64,000 nucleotides of DNA. Origin: Persephonella marina EX-H1 (GTDB lineage Bacteria > Aquificota > Aquificia > Aquificales > Hydrogenothermaceae). The translations under genes were made by a program, and so were the position numbers. The stretch is taken from positions 696,210-760,209 of the forward strand of contig NC_012440.1 of assembly GCF_000021565.1 (NCBI RefSeq), written 5' to 3'. Below are positions 39,417 through 49,430 of this stretch, piece by piece. The notes under the pieces are model-generated. The model did not search any database, was not told the origin of the DNA, and saw only the letters and a list, made by a program, of their open reading frames with translations. Numbering within the stretch: position 1 is the stretch's first letter; every line of letters starts with the position of its first letter.

Positions 39417-40225
39417 TAATGTAATGTACCGTTTTTTATGTATCTGTAACCTATAAATATTCCATCTTTAAATACGGACACCTTTCCATCAGGGATATCA
39501 AGTATCTCTTTTTCTGTTATCTTTTTATAGAAAAATCTTAACTTTTTCTCGCCGAAACTGTTTATATGTATCTCTCCCATATCCTTTCTGTATCTTCCAT
39601 CAATGAGTATCACATTGAGATTTTTAAACTCAACAGGTGTTGTATTTTTTATATTTATAAATCCTGTCAGATACTTACCGTTGCTCTTCTCAACAAGTAT
39701 ATACTCCGCATCCCAGTTTAGACCTTCTACAGGGTACTTTACCCTGAATATCTGGCTCTGGGCAAGCTCAGACTTTACTTTAACTGTTATCTGGGGAGAG
39801 AAAAGCTCATTCCATTTAAGTGGTGATTTTATTCTTGATGGAAAATCTGGAACAGTTGTTATTACAAAACCTTTTCTTGTGTTTATCTTTATATATTCAT
39901 CATTGATATCTATAACTGTTCCTTTTATAACCCTTCCTTCACCTTCAACAGATACAAACTTCCCTATAAGATTTTTTTTCCAGTCTTTACTTACATTCTC
40001 AAGAAAGTAGCCTTCTATCTCTATACCATCAGCTTCTATAAGAATGCTGTCAGTTATTGCTATAGGTTTTAAAAAGATAGGTCCTATAACATTCTCACCG
40101 TCAGCAACCATAAACTCCTCTTCCTGAATGTATGTTGAATGTCCTGTTCTGCTTAAAAATAATGTGTCTGCAAATGAAAAACTGAGATCAAAAAATAGGA
40201 TAAAGAGGATAACTTTTTTAAGCAT
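39416..40225 (-). CDS. Hypothetical exported protein
   Basis: Signal peptide (MLKKVILFILFFDLSFSFA). Its stop overlaps the rsmI start (TAATG). No known motif. Confidence 0.55.
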   Translation of the reverse strand: MLKKVILFILFFDLSFSFADTLFLSRTGHSTYIQEEEFMVADGENVIGPIFLKPIAITDSILIEADGIEIEGYFLENVSKDWKKNLIGKFVSVEGEGRVIKGTVIDINDEYIKINTRKGFVITTVPDFPSRIKSPLKWNELFSPQITVKVKSELAQSQIFRVKYPVEGLNWDAEYILVEKSNGKYLTGFINIKNTTPVEFKNLNVILIDGRYRKDMGEIHINSFGEKKLRFFYKKITEKEILDIPDGKVSVFKDGIFIGYRYIKNGTLH

Positions 40226-40316
40226 TTTCCCTCCAGTTGTATGAGTTTAAAACTAATTATATCATCTCCCATTGAATACAGATTAATGTTTTATAATATT
40301 CTTAAACTGAAAATAT

Positions 40317-42158
40317 TTGTGGAGGAAAGATTTGAACAGAGAGTACAACTTCAAAGAGATAGAGGAGAAGCTTTTAAAAGAGTGGGAAGAAAATGATCTT
40401 TTTAAAACAGAGGAAAAACCTGATAAGGATAAATTTTACGTTCTTGAGATGTTCCCTTACCCTTCAGGAAGAATACATATGGGGCATGTAAGGAATTACG
40501 CTATAGGTGATGTTGTTAACAGATACCTCAGGATGAAAGGTAAAAACACACTTCACCCTATGGGATGGGATGCATTTGGTATGCCTGCTGAAAATGCTGC
40601 AATAAAAAGTGGTGTTCACCCAGCAAAATGGACTTATGAGAATATTGATTATATGAAAAAAGAGCTTAAAAGGCTTGGATTTTCATACGACTGGAACAGA
40701 GAGGTAACAACCTGCTCGCCTGAGTATTACAGATGGAACCAGTGGATATTCCTTAAGATGTACGAGAAGGGAATCGCTTACAGAAAGTCTGCTGTAGTTA
40801 ACTGGTGTCCACACGATATGACTGTTCTTGCAAATGAGCAGGTTATTGAAGGAAGATGCTGGAGATGTGATACACCTGTTGTTCAGAAAGAGATACCTTC
40901 ATGGTTTTTAAGGATAACAGATTATGCTGAGGTTTTACTTGATGATCTTGAGACACTAAAAGGGAAATGGCCTGAAGCTGTCCTTACAATGCAGAAAAAC
41001 TGGATAGGAAAGTCTGTTGGTGCAACGATAAGATTTCCTGTGGAGAACTCTTCACAGTATATTGAGGTTTTCACAACGAGACCTGATACAGTTTTTGGTG
41101 TTACTTTTATGGCTTTAGCTCCCGAACATCCTGTTGTTTTAGAGCTTTCAAAAGGAACAGATCAGGAAGAGGATGTTAAAGCTTTTGTTCAGAAATATCT
41201 AACAATGTCAACAAAGGAAAGAGGCATAGTTGAGGAGAAAGAAGGGGTTTTCACAGGAAGGTATGCGATAAACCCTCTAACAGGAGAGAAAATACCTGTA
41301 TGGGTTGCTAACTACATTCTCTGGGGATATGGGACAGGTGCGATTATGGCTGTTCCAGCTCACGATGAGAGGGATCACGAGTTTGCAAAAAAATACGGAA
41401 TTCCAATAAAGCCTGTTATAAAGCCTTTGGAAGGTGAGTGGGACTACCAGGAGAAAGCATTTGAAGAGGAAGGGATTCTTATAAATTCTGATGGCTTTGA
41501 TGGGCTTAAATCATCTGAGGCAAAGGAAAAGATAACAGAGGAGATTGAAAAGAGAGGTATTGGAGAAAAAACAATAAACTTCAGACTCAGAGACTGGAAT
41601 ATATCAAGACAGAGATACTGGGGTACGCCTATACCTATAATTTACTGTAATGACTGTGGAACTGTTCCTGTTCCTGAAGAAGATCTGCCTGTTTTACTTC
41701 CTGAGAATGTTGAGTTTACAGGCATGGGAAATCCCCTTGAACAGGTTGAAGAGTTTGTTAAAACAACCTGTCCAAGATGTGGAAAGCCTGCGAGAAGAGA
41801 AACTGATACTATGGACACATTTATAGACAGCTCATGGTATTTCCTGAGATACTGTGATCCTCACAATGAAGAACTACCTTTTGATAAAGAAAAGGCTGAC
41901 TACTGGATGCCTGTTGATCTGTATATCGGTGGGATAGAGCATGCTGTACTACATCTGCTTTACTCAAGGTTTTTCACGAAGTTTTTAATGGAAATAGGTC
42001 TTGTTGATGTTGAAGAGCCGTTCTCCCAGCTTCTCACACAGGGAATGGTTCTGAAAAAGTGGATAAAGATAGAAAAACTCCTTGAGATACTTGGGGTTGA
42101 TGAAAACATAACGCTGGATGAACTGAAACTGAAGGTGGAAGAACTAAAGAGTAAGTAA
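40317..42158 (+). CDS. leuS: Leucyl-tRNA synthetase alpha subunit (N-terminal 613 aa of a split LeuRS)
   Basis: HMGH class-I motif, the CP1 editing domain and a zinc knuckle. It ends about 30 aa after the conserved LTQGMV, with an added amphipathic tail. The KMSKS motif is missing. Confidence 0.9.
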   Translation: MWRKDLNREYNFKEIEEKLLKEWEENDLFKTEEKPDKDKFYVLEMFPYPSGRIHMGHVRNYAIGDVVNRYLRMKGKNTLHPMGWDAFGMPAENAAIKSGVHPAKWTYENIDYMKKELKRLGFSYDWNREVTTCSPEYYRWNQWIFLKMYEKGIAYRKSAVVNWCPHDMTVLANEQVIEGRCWRCDTPVVQKEIPSWFLRITDYAEVLLDDLETLKGKWPEAVLTMQKNWIGKSVGATIRFPVENSSQYIEVFTTRPDTVFGVTFMALAPEHPVVLELSKGTDQEEDVKAFVQKYLTMSTKERGIVEEKEGVFTGRYAINPLTGEKIPVWVANYILWGYGTGAIMAVPAHDERDHEFAKKYGIPIKPVIKPLEGEWDYQEKAFEEEGILINSDGFDGLKSSEAKEKITEEIEKRGIGEKTINFRLRDWNISRQRYWGTPIPIIYCNDCGTVPVPEEDLPVLLPENVEFTGMGNPLEQVEEFVKTTCPRCGKPARRETDTMDTFIDSSWYFLRYCDPHNEELPFDKEKADYWMPVDLYIGGIEHAVLHLLYSRFFTKFLMEIGLVDVEEPFSQLLTQGMVLKKWIKIEKLLEILGVDENITLDELKLKVEELKSK

Positions 42159-42227
42159 TACTTGTAACCGGAAAAATTAATTATACATTTATGTATTATA
42201 CAACGATGTATAATACGGATTTGTATA

Positions 42228-43352
42228 ATGGAACATAAAGAAAGAAATCCTTTTTATTTTGGTGGAACTGTTAGTAACGAAGATTTTTGCAACAGGGAAA
42301 GGGAGCTTGAAGAGCTGAAGAGGGATATTTTTTCTGGCATCAACATACTTCTGTATTCTCCACGGAGATTTGGAAAATCATCACTCCTTCTAAGGCTAAA
42401 AGAACAGCTGGAAAATGAAGGAATAAAAGTTATTTTACTTGATCTGTTTCCTGTTGTAGATGAGAAAGATTTTATAAACCGGTACTTTGATGAAACTATA
42501 AAAACACTGCTCTCCAGAAAAGAGAAGGTTATTCAGACTCTAAAGGAACTGACAAACCTTAACTTTAGTGTTAGCTCTACCCTTAAACCTGACGGCAGTG
42601 TAACCTTTTCTGTTTCTTTTTCTTCAAAAGAGAAAAAAACAGTTTTAAAAGAGATACTGGAAATTCCATTTTTATACGCTACCAAAAACAACGCAAATGT
42701 CGCAGTAATATTTGATGAATTTCAGGAAGTTGAGAATTTAGGATTAGAAAAAGAGATCAGAACAGTTATCCAGAACCACGGCAGGAATGTTTCTTATGTA
42801 TTTTCAGGAAGTAAAAAGAGTGTCCTTACCCAGATTTTTTCTAATAAAAGCAGACCTTTTTATAAGTCGGTTAAAAAATTTCCATTAAAGGAAATTCCAC
42901 TTGAAGAGTGGATACCGTTTATCCAGAATAAATTTGAAAAAACAGGAAAAAAGATAGATGAAGAAATAATAAAAGAGGTTTTTTGTATCTGCCGAGGATT
43001 TCCATATTATATCCAGCATATATGTTATGTTCTGTGGGAAGTTTCTAAAGAAAAAGTAAAAAAAGAAGATCTAGATTATGCAATAAATCTTGTTCTGGAA
43101 AGGGAAGAGGACTCTTTCTGGGAAGAGTGGTCAAATTTACCGCCAACTCAGAAGAAAGCTTTAAAAATAATAACCTACACAAATGGTAAAAATATTTATT
43201 CAAAAAACACTCTTTCTGAATTTGAGATCACTGCTTCACATCTTAAAAGAGCAATAGAACAACTTCAAAAAAAGGATATCATCACTAAGGAAAGAAATAC
43301 TTATCAAATTATAGACCCTATTATGGAACTGTGGATTAAAAAGAATTTTTAA
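42228..43352 (+). CDS. Archaeal-type AAA ATPase (Arch_ATPase with a DUF234-like C-terminal domain)
   Basis: N-terminal FFGGTVSNEDFCNRERELEEL, Walker A YSPRRFGKSSLL, Walker B AVIFDEFQ and a C-terminal wHTH-like region. Confidence 0.8.
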   Translation: MEHKERNPFYFGGTVSNEDFCNRERELEELKRDIFSGINILLYSPRRFGKSSLLLRLKEQLENEGIKVILLDLFPVVDEKDFINRYFDETIKTLLSRKEKVIQTLKELTNLNFSVSSTLKPDGSVTFSVSFSSKEKKTVLKEILEIPFLYATKNNANVAVIFDEFQEVENLGLEKEIRTVIQNHGRNVSYVFSGSKKSVLTQIFSNKSRPFYKSVKKFPLKEIPLEEWIPFIQNKFEKTGKKIDEEIIKEVFCICRGFPYYIQHICYVLWEVSKEKVKKEDLDYAINLVLEREEDSFWEEWSNLPPTQKKALKIITYTNGKNIYSKNTLSEFEITASHLKRAIEQLQKKDIITKERNTYQIIDPIMELWIKKNF

Positions 43353-43364
43353 ATCCTGCTTTAG

Positions 43365-43589
43365 CTATGAATCTTTGTTTACTATTTCATTAATAGCTCT
43401 CACACTAACTCCAAGTTCTCTGGCAAGTCTTGACTGCGAAAGTCCTAAAGGTTTTATAAATTCCTCTTCAAGAATCTCCCCCGGATGTGTAGGTTCTCTT
43501 TCAAGCTGTATAACAGAGAGAGCCTCTATTCTTTTATCTGTTTTTAAAGCTTTCTTAAACTCTTTTACTAAAATAATAACATCGTAGGC
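43365..43589 (-). pseudogene. higA: HigA/VapI-type antitoxin remnant (XRE HTH), no start codon and C-terminally truncated
   Basis: My minus-strand translation reads ...[43 protein letters not shown], matching the HigA consensus [22 protein letters not shown]. There is no in-frame ATG, and the HTH is cut short. Confidence 0.5.
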
Positions 43590-43592
43590 TTA

Positions 43593-43697
43593 GCCATTTT
43601 CAAATCTAAATATAATTCTATACTGGAAAACCTTTCTGATATCCCCATTTGTAAGATATCGCTGTTGAAAAACTCTTTTCCTGACCTCCCATGATAT
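43593..43697 (-). pseudogene. higB: HigB/RelE-type toxin remnant (C-terminal fragment)
   Basis: Translation ...DIRKVFQYRIIFRFENG* then in frame after the stop AYDVIIL, resembling the HigB C-terminus (RIIFRFEGGDAYDVDYIDYH). There is no start codon and an internal stop at 43590-43592. Confidence 0.45.
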
Positions 43698-43753
43698 CTA
43701 TACTCCTCCAGATGTTATAATAAGTTTTATAAAACTTTAATCAAGGAGCGGGA

Positions 43754-44617
43754 ATGAAAACCCTGAAAGAGTTTCTTGAAGAGAACCATCTGACACTTAA
43801 TGATAACGCGAAACTTCTTTTTGAAAAGTTAGATCTTGATATGGAAGTTTTGAAACAGCTTGAGGAAAAATACGGAAAATCTGACAAGATGTCAAAATCT
43901 AAACACAACACAGTTGATCCTGATGAGATGATAGAAAAGTACGGGGCGGATACTGTCAGGCTTTACATACTTTTTGCAGCTCCACCACAGAACAGCTTTG
44001 ACTGGATAGACAGCGGTATTGAAGGGGCACACAGATTTTTAAAAAGGGTCTGGAACTTTGTTGTTGAAAGGGCAGACCAGCTAAAAGATGTCTCATACTC
44101 AAAGGAAGATTTTAAAAACCTTCCTAATGAAGACCAGAAACTGAGAAGAAAACTTCACCAGACAATAAAAAAGGTAAACGAAGACATAACAAGGGAGTAC
44201 CAGTTTAATACAGCAATAGCTGCCATTATGGAGCTTATGAATGAGCTTACATCCTATAAGGGAAGTAATCTTAAAGTTTTAAAGGAAGCTGTTGAAAATC
44301 TTATACTTATGCTTTCCCCATTTACCCCTTTCATAGCAGACCAGCTGTGGAGAACTATAGGAAAAGAAGGATACACAATACAGCAGCCTTTCCCTGAACC
44401 TGATGAGGAGGCTCTTGTTGAAAAAACAAAAGAGATACCTGTCCAGATAAACGGAAAGGTGAGGGCAAGAATTACCGTCCCTGCAGATGCTGATGAGGAG
44501 ACGGTCAAAAATATAGCTTTTGAGAATGAAAGTGTTAAAAAATGGACAGAAGGTAAGGAGATAGTTAAAGTTATATTTATAAAGGGTAAAATACTTAACA
44601 TAGTAGTTAAAGGTTAA
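43754..44617 (+). CDS. leuS: Leucyl-tRNA synthetase beta subunit (C-terminal 287 aa: KMSKS plus the anticodon-binding domain)
   Basis: Begins about 40 aa before KMSKSKHNTVDP and continues through the anticodon-binding domain (GADTVRLYILFAAPP). An AAGGAG RBS sits 6 nt upstream. Confidence 0.9.
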   Translation: MKTLKEFLEENHLTLNDNAKLLFEKLDLDMEVLKQLEEKYGKSDKMSKSKHNTVDPDEMIEKYGADTVRLYILFAAPPQNSFDWIDSGIEGAHRFLKRVWNFVVERADQLKDVSYSKEDFKNLPNEDQKLRRKLHQTIKKVNEDITREYQFNTAIAAIMELMNELTSYKGSNLKVLKEAVENLILMLSPFTPFIADQLWRTIGKEGYTIQQPFPEPDEEALVEKTKEIPVQINGKVRARITVPADADEETVKNIAFENESVKKWTEGKEIVKVIFIKGKILNIVVKG

Positions 44618-44627
44618 GAGGTAGGAG

Positions 44628-45062
44628 ATGAGTTATAAAAATATCCTTGTAGGTTATGATGGATCTGATCCAAGTAAGAAGGCTTTAAAAAAGGCTGTAG
44701 AACTCTCAAAAATAATGAAAAGCGATCTACATATAGTAGGTGTTGTCAGACCTTTCCAGTTTGCTGCTGTTGATTTTATACTTCCTGAAGAGATAGAGGC
44801 TTATGAGAAAGAGGAGATATCAAAAGAGGAGAGATTTTTAAAAGAGGCTCTTGAGATAGCGAAAGAATCGGGCATTGAGGCAAAAACAAAGGTTCTTGAA
44901 GGTGAGCCCGCTGAAGAGCTTATGAGTTATGCTGATGCTAACGGATGTGATCTTATAGTTGTTGGTCATAGAGGAGCAGGTGGATTTAAAAGGCTGATAC
45001 TTGGAACAACAGCTGGTAATCTTGTTAAGTATGCAAACCAGTCTGTATTAGTTGTTAAGTAG
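44628..45062 (+). CDS. Universal stress protein UspA
   Basis: 144 aa with ILVGYDGS...VVGHRGAGGFKRLILGTTAG, the Usp ATP-binding motif. Confidence 0.85.
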   Translation: MSYKNILVGYDGSDPSKKALKKAVELSKIMKSDLHIVGVVRPFQFAAVDFILPEEIEAYEKEEISKEERFLKEALEIAKESGIEAKTKVLEGEPAEELMSYADANGCDLIVVGHRGAGGFKRLILGTTAGNLVKYANQSVLVVK

Positions 45063-45617
45063 CTTTTCTTTAATTTTTGGGTATATAAGGAATAGAGTTA
45101 TAAGGACAAAAAGTACACCTACAGCCATAAAGTAGTACTCTTTTACTTCGCCAAATATATGTTCTGCAGCTTTTCCAAAGAAAAAGCCTATGGAAAGGTA
45201 TATAACAGCCCAGAAGAAAAGGGATATAAGATTAAAAAATATAAACTTAAACATACCAAATCCTGTTGCACCCATAAGAACCATAGGGACTACTCTCATC
45301 CCGTAAAGAAATCTGATAATGAATATTGACAGTATTCCGTATTTATCAACAAGCTGTTTTGCCTTCCTGTATTTTTTTCTTGTGTAAACATTTCCAAGTA
45401 AAAACTCCCTTCCCTTCCATCTACCGAGGAGAAAGTATATTATCTCGTGGAGAAATGCTCCTGACATTGCAGATACAAGGGATACAAAAGGGTTGAGCAT
45501 CTTAAGTTTTATAAAAAAGCCAACTATAAGGAGAAATATCTCACCTTCAAGGAAAGTTCCTATAAAAACTGCTATATACCCGTAATGCTGAAGAAAATTC
45601 TCTAAACTCTCTATCAA
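45048..45617 (-). CDS. DedA-family (SNARE-associated) membrane protein
   Basis: HYGYIAVFIGTFLEGE N-terminal DedA motif plus TM helices. Confidence 0.8.
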   Translation of the reverse strand: MIESLENFLQHYGYIAVFIGTFLEGEIFLLIVGFFIKLKMLNPFVSLVSAMSGAFLHEIIYFLLGRWKGREFLLGNVYTRKKYRKAKQLVDKYGILSIFIIRFLYGMRVVPMVLMGATGFGMFKFIFFNLISLFFWAVIYLSIGFFFGKAAEHIFGEVKEYYFMAVGVLFVLITLFLIYPKIKEKLLNN

Positions 45618-45647
45618 AATTCTCCCTCTGTAAAATAAACAAAGATA

Positions 45648-46154
45648 TTATAACTTATGAATAAGGTACTGTTGAAAGAAAATGTTTGAAAAAAGATGAA
45701 ATATAAATGGAGCTATAACCGAACCAGATCTGATATAAAGATATCCAAATATCAGAGAGGGGAAGAAGGTGAGAACACTCAGTATATCTGGATTTATGAT
45801 AACGTGAGGTAAGGAAAAAAGGACGGAGACTGTGATATTCCGGAGATGAATATTCTTTACCGGTACTGTGGATAAAAGATAACCTCTAAAAAATATCTCC
45901 TCTGCAAAAACCTGTCCTGACTGATAGAAATTTTGTATTGAGATACTATTCCATATAAAAGGGAGATATACAGAAGACAACAACGACCCATACAATATTC
46001 CGGATCTGTAGTTTTTTAAGCCTAACTCTTTTAGATCCTTAAAGATAAGAGGGGAGATAAGAACAAAGAAGGAGGCATAGAAAAATAGGCTGTTAAAATA
46101 TGTAAGTGATAGCAGTAATACCAGCAGTATATAAAGCGTAAAAGCTGAATACAT
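45648..46154 (-). CDS. CPBP-family (CAAX/Abi) intramembrane metalloprotease
   Basis: EEIFFRGY (the EExxxR motif), the LPH and HLFSN His motifs, and a multi-TM fold. Confidence 0.75.
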   Translation of the reverse strand: MYSAFTLYILLVLLLSLTYFNSLFFYASFFVLISPLIFKDLKELGLKNYRSGILYGSLLSSVYLPFIWNSISIQNFYQSGQVFAEEIFFRGYLLSTVPVKNIHLRNITVSVLFSLPHVIINPDILSVLTFFPSLIFGYLYIRSGSVIAPFIFHLFSNIFFQQYLIHKL

Positions 46155-48025
46155 CAGGCTTTCAACCTTTTTAACTTCTGGAGATGTATCATTATAGCTG
46201 TTATAGCCGCTGGAGTTATCCCTTCAAGTCTTGCAGCATGACCGAGGGTTAGAGGTTTTGCAGCTGTCAATTTCTGGACTACCTCTTTTGTAAGTCCGGC
46301 TATCTGTGAGTAGTCTATATCTTCAGGTATCTTTATGTTCTCCAGATATCTCATCTTTTCATTCATCTTTCTTTCCCTTTCAAAGTATCCTGAGTACTTA
46401 ACATTGATATCTATCTCTTCAGCCACATAATCACTCTCAGGTGTTTCAAAGCCGTACTCTTTAAGTTTATTAACATCTATATCAGGTCTTTTTAAAAGAT
46501 CATAAGCTGAAACGGATCTTGTCTCGCCTTTTGATACTATCTTCCTTCTCTCATTTCTGTAAATATCAAGCCATCTGCCTATCTCTTTCTCTATCTCTTC
46601 TACAGCTTTAAACTGCTCGTAGCTCAGCATACCGAGATTGTAAGCCTTTCTGTAAAGTCTTAAAACAGGATTGTCCTGTCTGAGATGAAGTCTGTACTCT
46701 GATCTTGATGTAAAAAGTCTGTAAGGCTCTATAACACCTTTTGTTGTGAGATCATCAATCATAACACCTATATAAGCCTCGTCTCTTCTTATATAAAACG
46801 GTTCTTTACCAAGTGCCCTCAGTGCAGCATTTATACCTGCGACAAGACCCTGTCCCGCTGCTTCTTCATATCCTGTTGTTCCATTAAAGTTTCCTGCGTG
46901 GTACAGACCTTTTACTCTCTTTGTCTCAAGTGTTGGGTAAAGTTCAGTTGGTGGGACTATATCATACTCAATTGCGTATGCAGGCTTTAGTAATACAACA
47001 TTCTCAAGTCCCGGGATTGATCTGTACATCTCCCACTGGACTTCTTCAGGTAGAGATGTTGAAAGGCCGTTTGGATATATACTTATGCCGTTCTTTGTTT
47101 CAGGCTCAAGCCATACTGTATGTCTCTCTTTGTTCTCAAACTTTACTATCTTGTCTTCTATTGAAGGACAGTAACGGGGACCTATACCTTTTATAGCTCC
47201 GCCATAAAGTGCTGTTCTGTGTAAATTCTCCCTTATTATTCTGTGTGTTTCTGGAGTTGTATATGTTATGTAGCAAGGTATCTGCTCTTTCTGGTTTTTT
47301 CTGAACCAGTATGAGTGCTCTGGATCGGTCCAGAATGAGAACTTTGGTGCAGGTTCATCTCCTGGAGCTTCCTCAAGACCTGAAAAATCAATCGTTCTTT
47401 TATCAAGTCTCGCAGGTGTTCCTGTTTTGAACCTCTGGAGGGGAAATCCAAGCTTTCTGTAAAAATCAGGGAGTTTTGTTGATGGTTTTTCGTCCATTCT
47501 TCCTGCAGGTATCCTTTTATCTCCTATATGAATAACACCATCGAGGAATGTTCCTGTTGTAACAACAACAGACTTGGCTCTGATCTTTAATCTTCTATCT
47601 ACCTCAACACCTTCAACTTCGTAACTGCTCTCTTTCAGATAAATATCTGTAGCCTCACCTTCAATAACTGTGAGATTCTCTGTGTTTAGAACCTTATTAA
47701 CCATATACTTTCTGTACTCTTCCTTGTCAGCCTGTGCCCTCGGTGATCTTACAGCTGGACCTTTTCTTGTGTTTAAGGTTTTAAACTGGATACCTGTAGC
47801 ATCAATCGCCTTTCCCATCTCACCGCCGAAAGCATCAATCTCCCTTACAACAATACCTTTTGCAATACCACCTATAGCTGGATTACAAGGCATAAGACCT
47901 ACTTTTTCTTTATCTAATGTGATAAGGGCAGTCTTCACCCCGAGCTTTGCAGAGGCAAGGGCAGCCTCAATACCAGCATGACCACCACCTATAACAACAA
48001 CATCATACTCAAGGTCATATACCAT
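46154..48025 (-). CDS. mnmG: tRNA uridine-5-carboxymethylaminomethyl modification enzyme MnmG (GidA)
   Basis: FAD-binding [16 protein letters not shown]-terminus and full length of 623 aa. Confidence 0.95.
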   Translation of the reverse strand: MVYDLEYDVVVIGGGHAGIEAALASAKLGVKTALITLDKEKVGLMPCNPAIGGIAKGIVVREIDAFGGEMGKAIDATGIQFKTLNTRKGPAVRSPRAQADKEEYRKYMVNKVLNTENLTVIEGEATDIYLKESSYEVEGVEVDRRLKIRAKSVVVTTGTFLDGVIHIGDKRIPAGRMDEKPSTKLPDFYRKLGFPLQRFKTGTPARLDKRTIDFSGLEEAPGDEPAPKFSFWTDPEHSYWFRKNQKEQIPCYITYTTPETHRIIRENLHRTALYGGAIKGIGPRYCPSIEDKIVKFENKERHTVWLEPETKNGISIYPNGLSTSLPEEVQWEMYRSIPGLENVVLLKPAYAIEYDIVPPTELYPTLETKRVKGLYHAGNFNGTTGYEEAAGQGLVAGINAALRALGKEPFYIRRDEAYIGVMIDDLTTKGVIEPYRLFTSRSEYRLHLRQDNPVLRLYRKAYNLGMLSYEQFKAVEEIEKEIGRWLDIYRNERRKIVSKGETRSVSAYDLLKRPDIDVNKLKEYGFETPESDYVAEEIDINVKYSGYFERERKMNEKMRYLENIKIPEDIDYSQIAGLTKEVVQKLTAAKPLTLGHAARLEGITPAAITAIMIHLQKLKRLKA

Positions 48026-48158
48026 AAGATCACCTCTTTTCTGTTATATGAAACTAAAATAATATATGAAAATCATACCTTTATACAACACAGCTTGAAT
48101 ATATTTTTTCAAAACAGTAAATATAAAAGTATATATTCCGTTACAGGGAGGAGGTGTT

Positions 48159-49430
48159 ATGTTTCCCTTTATTATCATCTTTATTATGGGACTTTTTTTG
48201 ATTTTGCCCCAGCAGGTTTTTGCTATACCTGCATTTGCGAGACAGTACAAGGTTAGCTGTAACACATGTCATGCAGCATTTCCAAGGCTGAATAGCTATG
48301 GTGAACAGTTTGCAGATGAAAACTACAGAATGCCTAACTGGAGGGACACTGTTCTAGATACAGGCGACAGTATGCTCGCTCTACCTAAGTATGTTCCACT
48401 TTCAATAAGGGCTATGGCTTACGCTCAGGTAAGGGAAGGAAAGTATATAGATCCGGTCAGTGGTGAGACTGAAAAAGCTGACACAGACTTTCAGGCTCCG
48501 TATATGATAAAGATTCTTTCAAGTGCTCCACTTTCAGACAGAATATCCTTTTACTTTTACGGTATCTTAGCTGAGAAAGGAGAGAACGGAACTGTTATCG
48601 TTGAGGATGCGTGGTTCAGCTACTCAAGCATTTTCAATACAGGGATAGACCTTATGATAGGTCAGTTCCAGATATCAGATCTGATGTTCCCAAGGGAGCT
48701 CAGACTTACATTCCAGGATTATATGATATACAGAATGGCTGGAATAACCTATGATAGAGGAGTTATATTCAGTAAAGGCTTTGATCCAGTTTCCATAGAT
48801 TTAGGTCTTGTGAACGGAAATGGGATTGAGGAAAACCTTAAGATAAACAGCCCGGGTTATAAAAGACCTGATCATATGTTTGATAATGACAGGAAGAAGA
48901 CAGCATTCGGCAGGATCGGTGTAGATATAGCAGGTGTCTCAGCAGGTCTGTTCGGACTTTACGGTAAGCAAAAAACAAAGCTCACAACAAGTGCAGGAAC
49001 AAAAAGTGGAAGCAGGTATGCGGATAAAAAGATATACGGGCTTGATATATCTGGAAATGTAAATGATAAGGTCTACTATTTCTTCCAGTATCTTTACAAT
49101 GACTGGGGAAAGTACTTTGATGATACACCAAACAAAAAATACCAGTGGTGGGGTGTCTTCGCAGGAGTTGATTATGTCTACAGTGATAAAGTTGTTCTGT
49201 CTGTTCTGTATAACTATGCTGATGCTGGAGACTTTGACGGAACATCAACAGTTTATGAAGGTATAAATATAAACACATTAACACTCACATACTCATACTA
49301 CTTTATGAGAAATGTTAAAGGTATTATTGAGGCAACATACGACTTCCAGTCAAAGGATAATGATCCTGATTTTGTAGGACATGAGACAAAGGAAGGATAT
49401 ATTCTGATAGGATTTGATGCTGCATTCTAA
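48159..49430 (+). CDS. Putative outer-membrane beta-barrel protein with an N-terminal CxxCH haem-c motif
   Basis: Signal peptide, then CNTCH at residues 34-38. After that comes about 380 aa with alternating-hydrophobic, Gly/Tyr-rich strands and a C-terminal ...IGFDAAF (terminal Phe), the outer-membrane beta-barrel signature. Confidence 0.55.
   Translation: MFPFIIIFIMGLFLILPQQVFAIPAFARQYKVSCNTCHAAFPRLNSYGEQFADENYRMPNWRDTVLDTGDSMLALPKYVPLSIRAMAYAQVREGKYIDPVSGETEKADTDFQAPYMIKILSSAPLSDRISFYFYGILAEKGENGTVIVEDAWFSYSSIFNTGIDLMIGQFQISDLMFPRELRLTFQDYMIYRMAGITYDRGVIFSKGFDPVSIDLGLVNGNGIEENLKINSPGYKRPDHMFDNDRKKTAFGRIGVDIAGVSAGLFGLYGKQKTKLTTSAGTKSGSRYADKKIYGLDISGNVNDKVYYFFQYLYNDWGKYFDDTPNKKYQWWGVFAGVDYVYSDKVVLSVLYNYADAGDFDGTSTVYEGININTLTLTYSYYFMRNVKGIIEATYDFQSKDNDPDFVGHETKEGYILIGFDAAF

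Noticed and set aside
43375-43587. Plus-strand 70-aa ORF from the track in the ATPase/leuS-beta spacer.
   Set aside because: The opposite strand of the same DNA carries recognisable HigA and HigB signatures. The plus-strand ORF is therefore a shadow frame.
42159-43753. Clean target-site duplication proving recent insertion of the ATPase-higBA segment.
   Set aside because: Only imperfect 10-12-nt similarity exists at the two junctions. The motifs are equally well explained as extended -10 promoter elements. They are recorded as a low-interest finding, not as a feature.
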